From Basidiobolus meristosporus CBS 931.73 (Eukaryota; Fungi; Basidiobolomycota): a DNA stretch of 64,000 bases. The position numbers and the translations under genes are program-made. The stretch spans positions 124,335 through 188,334 of the forward strand of contig MCFE01000067.1 in assembly GCA_002104905.1 (NCBI GenBank). The letters are read 5' to 3'. The notes under the pieces are model-generated. The model worked only from the letters and a program-made list of their open reading frames with translations. It made no database searches and had not been told where the DNA came from. Shown here one piece after another: positions 58,778 through 64,000 of the stretch. Numbering within the stretch: position 1 is the first letter of the stretch; the number at the start of each line of letters is the position of its first letter.

Positions 58778-61700
58778 TTAGGGGAGGGAAAGTCACCAAG
58801 TTGGTGAAATCTTTATTTGAGTTAGGAACTAATCTAGGTACAAATAAAGAAGCCAATTAAGAGGTCTAGAACCTCTCTAATAAGTAATCTAATTTATGTT
58901 TTGTTTCATCTCTTATGTTTGTTTCAATAAAGTAAAGTTCATCAGGGGTAAATATAAAATTCAGGGGTTTTGGGGGAAGTACAAATTGTAGATGTTTCTG
59001 ATCAATATAATCCAAGACTGGAACCCAGCCTGGGATTAGGTGTAGTAGGAAAGGTGTGTGGACTTGTAAGTAGCTCTGCCACATAGATCTTAGATGGTCC
59101 TGAGCCAGTAGTCTTGGTTTCTCAGCTTTTTGAAGTTTTGAAGCAAGCTCTGTTACTACAGCAGAGCCAACCAGGGTGTGCCAGCAAGAAGATTTCAGGG
59201 AGGAGTTAGATTGAAGCCATTGTTTGATGGAGGGGTTATGTGATTTCTGAAGTTTGACTAGGAAGGAAGCACGGAGATAGACCATTCGGATTTGGTATGG
59301 GTAGAAGCCAAAGGCTCCATTAGTTGCATGGATATAGGGAGATACTGGAAGATAAGGTACCAAGGATCTGATACACTGATGGAGAAATTTATCCAGGCGG
59401 TGAAGTTCTCTGGAGGTTAGGGGTATAATGTGGAGACCAAACTCAAGTACCGGCAGTACATACTGCTTCAGAAGTATAGGGATCTTTTGAATTGGAGTGT
59501 CTGGAGTGACTACTACCAGAAGCTTTTTGAGAGCCTGTTGAGCAAGACGGATCCTATTATTCAGGTGGAGCTTTGAGTCAATCCCATGTTGACAAAATGG
59601 CAGACCTAGATATATTGCAGTTTGTTGTGGCAGAATGCTAGTGTTCTGTATAGTTGTAGTGCATCCAATTGGGACTGTCTTGGAAATTGAGAGTGAGAGG
59701 TTGTTGGCAGCCAAGTACTTCTCAATGATGGCAGTATCTGCTATGGGATTAGGAGTAGCAATCTTGATATCATCCGCATAGAGAGTTAGTAGTGGATAGG
59801 GAGAGTCTGGTGAGGGGCCTTTTGGAAATAAAGGAAAGTCATGTAGGAATATCACAAATAGTAAGGGACCTAGTACAGATCCTTGGACCACTCCATTTGG
59901 AACCTCATAAGTCTCTGATGTACAACTTGGATGCAAAATTTTGGCTGAGTTCTCACAAAATAGAGAACGTACAAGAAGGGTCATTGGTAGTGTGGTAACT
60001 GCTAATAGCTTTCTCCAAAGCAGAGCTCTGTCCACAGAGTCAAAGGCTTTAGTAATGTCAAACAGAATGGTTGGCAATGAGAATTGAAGTGAATGATCAT
60101 GGCTTAGCACTACAGCCATATCCAAGGAGAGTTTGGGCAAGAAGCCAAACTGAGAAGGATGGAATGGATATAGTTGAGATTGCAAGGATCTTGCAATTAT
60201 AAGCTCAAAGATTTTCCGGCAGGTTGGCAGGAGTGAAACTGGCCGGTAAGAACCTGGGAGTGAGTGTTTCCCCTTCCCTTTGTATAAGGGCATTACATTT
60301 GCCTGTGACCAGGCCTTTGGGGTAGTCAATTGTTGGGCACAGATAGAGTAGAATGGGAGAAGTAAGTGACTCATTTTGGAGTAGCACACCCGGAGTAGAT
60401 CGTAGGTAATCAAGTCATGTCCAGGTGCAGTATTTGCAGGAAGCTTCTTTAAAATTTTCTCCAGAAGCTTTGCTGAAACCAAAATTGGAGATGTTGGACT
60501 GCTAGATATGTTACCAGTATGGTAGAAAGGAGGAGTGGGATGCACGGTTGAATCAAAGAATATAGGGGCCAGTTTGTCTGGTGATGGTATACTCCTTGCT
60601 TGGGGTCTCATGGCTTTATATACTCTTGATATGGACCTTGTGGTGGCATTCATATTTACTAAGGGCAAGGTATCCATGATATGAGCCCATAATCTAGTGT
60701 GCTCAGTGATCTGTAGTGACTTGGAGTAGGAGATTGCGCTTTCCAGGAGGTTCTGTGTTTTTGGGTTAGGGAAACATAGGTAGCTGGAATTTAAGGCAGA
60801 AATGATGGATTTCCATTTAAGTTGGTTTGCAGATGGCTTTTGGTAAGACTTGGTGGGCAGGGCCAGACAGCCAGTGATTATGATGAAATGCTGGTAAAAT
60901 AGCCATAATGCATTTACATCATCACAAATCCATGCAGGTAAGCTGGGAAATGCATATTCTGTAAGCAAGGATAGGTAGTTGGCAAAGTCCTGTGTCTGTG
61001 ATACTGAAGCTTTGGCTGGCAGGATTGTAAATGGCTGAAGAAGGGTGCCAATTGGTAGGGTTTTTCTGGCAGAAATGATAATATGTATTGGCTTGTGATC
61101 AGATTTCTCTAGTGAACCACAGCTGATATCCTCTGGAATGCTTGTAACCTGGTGGATGTATTGTAAGGCAGCTGGAGTAGCTGTTACCCAGTCAACACAA
61201 CGTTGAGCTTGCTGAGTGTTTACAGTGACCAGATGGTTTTGTCGGAGGAACTTTGTAAAGTGCTCCTCTCTAGTTCTAAGTCTGGATGAAATAGTGGTGA
61301 TATTTTCAGGGTGGGGAATATTTATATCTCCCACTACCATACAAGGGATTGATGAGCTGTTAATGAATTCTGATGTGGCCAAGAAAATTGCCAGTGTTAT
61401 GGAGTTAGACAGAGATGGAGGGAGATAGATAATAATGGCTACTATAGTTGGAAGTGTTAGAGCATAGCAGTAATACTCATAGATGATGGATACATTTGCT
61501 GAGGGTGCAAGCTTAGAAGATGAAAGAGCAACAAGTGCCATTGAGTGAGCTGGAAGTCTTGGGTGAGCAGATGAATATGCATTCAGTCTAGAGGGAAGTT
61601 TTGGCAACTTAACATCAATTAGTAGGAGCAAGGAATATTCCTTTTTCAGTAAGTTTTCTAATTCAGCTACAGTTGGAGTGATGGAGTTGCAATTGAGTAA

Positions 61701-63343
61701 GAGTATGTTTTGTAGTCAGGCAGACTCTGAGGTTGCCTGTTCCTGCTGAAACTCTTGCACTGCCCTTTGTAAATTTCCAGAATTATTCCACAACTCTTCA
61801 AATGGAGCTTGTGTAATGTCTTTCAGGATTCTAATTGCTTCCTCTTTCAAGAAGTAGGCCACATCATAGGTTGGAGCCTGTTTCTTAATGGCAGCAAAGA
61901 AAGCCATAATTGCCATGTGAGCTGGGGGCTTGTTGAATATTCCTGGCTCAGTGTCCATTGACTCTGGTGGAATGATTGTGAATTTGGTAGACACCCAGTT
62001 TAGATTTTTTGCCAGATACTTAGTCAATGCAGTGGAGAAGTTTCTGTCCACAATCATTTCTAGGATCTTTCCTCTTCTCCAAGCTAGGTTAACAATTTTT
62101 GAAGTGTCAATATTTAGAGAGCGGAATGTATGTCTGATGTTTGATATAGTAGTCCATGGAACATTGGCAAAGTATAGCAAGGACCAATTCTGGAGCTGAG
62201 GTAAGTTTGCTGGAGGCTTATAGGTAGACTTCCTGGCAGGTTGTGTGGTAGGCTTTAGTGTTTCCAAGGTAGCAAGTTGTGGTTGAGACTTTTTAGAATT
62301 ACGTATGACTTTGGAAAGAATTCTGCCAGCAACTGTGTCAGGAATGTTAGTACTTGTTGATGGTGCAGGGCCTGGCTCCTGGTACTGCTTTTGTAGAATA
62401 CTTGAGTATGTCTCTTTTTGTTTTCCTTTATCCAAGGTGCTATGCCTTGGAATGGGATTTTGGGGAATAGAGACTTCAGGTATCAACTCTGGGGTCTGGT
62501 GATTGTCCAACACTGTTGCTTGAGCTTCCAGCTTTTCCTCTAAGATTTGAACTCTCTGCTTAAGCTCATCATTTGACGCTATAAGTGTGCATTGTTTGGA
62601 GCCAGGTCAGGTGTTGAGTTATGAAGGCAGGTTGAGCAGCGTTCTAACTCCTTTGTTTGGTCATCCAACTTTTCTTCTAAGGTTTGAACCCTCAATTTGA
62701 GTGCACCATTTGAGGTTAGAAGCTCCAAGTTATCAGCCTGCAACTTCTTTAGATCCCTAAATATCTCAAATATCTGTGCCTGCAAGTCTTTAGCAGTGAT
62801 ATTTCTGATGGGTACTATTTCCTCTAGGAGTTCTTCTTGAGCCAGGTGAGCATTGGGACTTGAGCACTCTACTGAAGGAGTTGCTGGAATTTCCTCAATG
62901 TCTGACAAAACTCCTTCACTTGCAGCATCAGTTGTATGATTATCCTGAGTAGCAGCAACAACCTCAAGTTCACAAGGACCAGTTGAAGTAAAACATTTCT
63001 TGGGTGGGACTATCTCAAGAGGCTTGGGTGGGACTTTTGCTTTGAATGGTGAGGTACTAGGATCAAGAATTGGGACTGGGACAGAAGCTATGGTGTCTAT
63101 TTCAGCAGCAGTTGCTGTAGAGCTACTGGGGCTCTGACTGGCTGGTTTTTTGGTCTTTGCCTTCACTCCTGCTACCAACTGGTCAAGACCACAAATCTTT
63201 GTACAGGCCTTGCATTGGACCTGCGTAACCTTATTCTTGCCAGCACAGCCATTGAGCTTCCATTTGCCTCTGACACCACAGGCAGTGCAGTCAAGTTTTG
63301 AATGCCATCTTCTGAAGAGAGTCAGATCCTCTTTTTCCTCACT
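58778..63343 (-). mobile_element. Non-LTR family B, near full length: ORF1 region (Zn ribbon, coiled coils, ORF1 domain) and ORF2 (APE endonuclease + RT)
   Basis: ORF2 58866-61715 has APE motifs (LLNCNSI, IYLPP, VGDIN, VDWV, SDH) and RT motifs (APGHD, YRPVSLLPTCRKIFE, FDITKAFDSV, GVVQGSVLGP, YADD). ORF1 parts lie at 61716-62600 and 62579-63343. Confidence 0.93.
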
Positions 63344-64000
63344 GGGTTAGGGGAGGGAAAGTCACCAAGTTGGTGAAATCTTTATTTGAGTTAAGAACTA
63401 ATCTAAGTACAAGTAAAGAAGCCAATTCAGAGGTCTAGAACCTCTCTAATAAGTAATCTAATTTATGTTTTGTTTCATCTCTAATGTTTGTTTCAATAAA
63501 GTAAAGCTCATCAGGGGTAAATATAAAATTCAGGGGTTTTGGGGGGAGTACAAATTGTAGATGTTTCTGATCAATATAATCCAAGACTGGAACCCAGCCT
63601 GGGATTAGGTGCAGTAGGAAAGGTGTATGGACTTGTAAGTAGCTCTGCCACATAGATCTTAGATGGTCCTGAGCCAGTAGTCTTGGTTTCTCAGCTTTTT
63701 GAAGTTTTGAAGCAAGCTCTGTTACTACAGCAGAGCCAACCAGGGTGTGCCAGCAAGAAGATTTCAGGGAGGATTCAGATTGAAGCCATTGTTTGATGGA
63801 GGGGTTATGTGATTTCTGAAGTTTGACTAGGAAGGAAGCACAGAGATAGATCATTTGGATTTGGTATGGGTAGAACCCAAAGGCTCCATTAGTTGCATGG
63901 ATATAGGGAGATACTGGAAGATAAGGTACCAAGGATCTGATACACTGATGGAGAAATTTATCCAGGCGGTGAAGTTCTCTGGAGGTTAGGGGTATAATGT
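63344..64000 (-). mobile_element. Non-LTR family B second copy, 3' end (continues beyond the window)
   Basis: Near-identical to 58778-59430; GGGTTAGGGG at the junction 63344-63353. Confidence 0.92.

Noticed and set aside
57669-58856. 395-aa RT ORF starting MASLFVPRL
   Set aside because: Chimeric artefact: its first ~27 codons are the family B 3' UTR and telomeric junction fused to a truncated family A RT.
54472-64000. Penelope-like (Athena/Coprina) identity for the telomeric elements
   Set aside because: The RT motifs are LINE-type and family B has an N-terminal APE domain; only the end-joining geometry is similar.

Overview
Eukaryotic, intron-containing DNA from a fungus, most plausibly an early-diverging lineage (Zoopagomycota/Mucoromycota-like; inference from gene content and codon style). 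It reads as a transect toward a chromosome end on the right. (1) 1-4.2 kb: CpG-poor Ty1/copia debris. (2) 4.5-30.4 kb: dense housekeeping genes (SNX4, RPS21, PAT1, COX8, MRPS35, a short HSF-domain gene missed by the ORF track, an intronless nitrate reductase, RPS23, BMS1, an SR splicing factor, DPS1, CDS1). (3) 30.8-40.6 kb: a tandem array of seven intact and one dead gene for a ~120-aa secreted protein with two Cys-flanked repeats, interleaved with four identical tRNA-Pro(CGG) genes and showing recombinational shuffling. (4) 42.8-50.5 kb: an UNC-93/NOPE1-like MFS transporter and a 5xCBM18 chitin deacetylase amid TE relics. (5) 51.6-64 kb: six head-to-tail minus-strand non-LTR retroelement units of three types (two RT-coding families and one ORF1-only unit). 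Five of the six 3' junctions carry TTAGGG repeats, and all units end in the same covarying double RNA hairpin. The longest unit has ORF1 and ORF2 in frame across a single UGA-CUA stop. The telomere-repeat-tailed retroelement stack and the secreted-protein/tRNA array are the best candidates for undescribed systems. All calls were made by eye; no searches were run.
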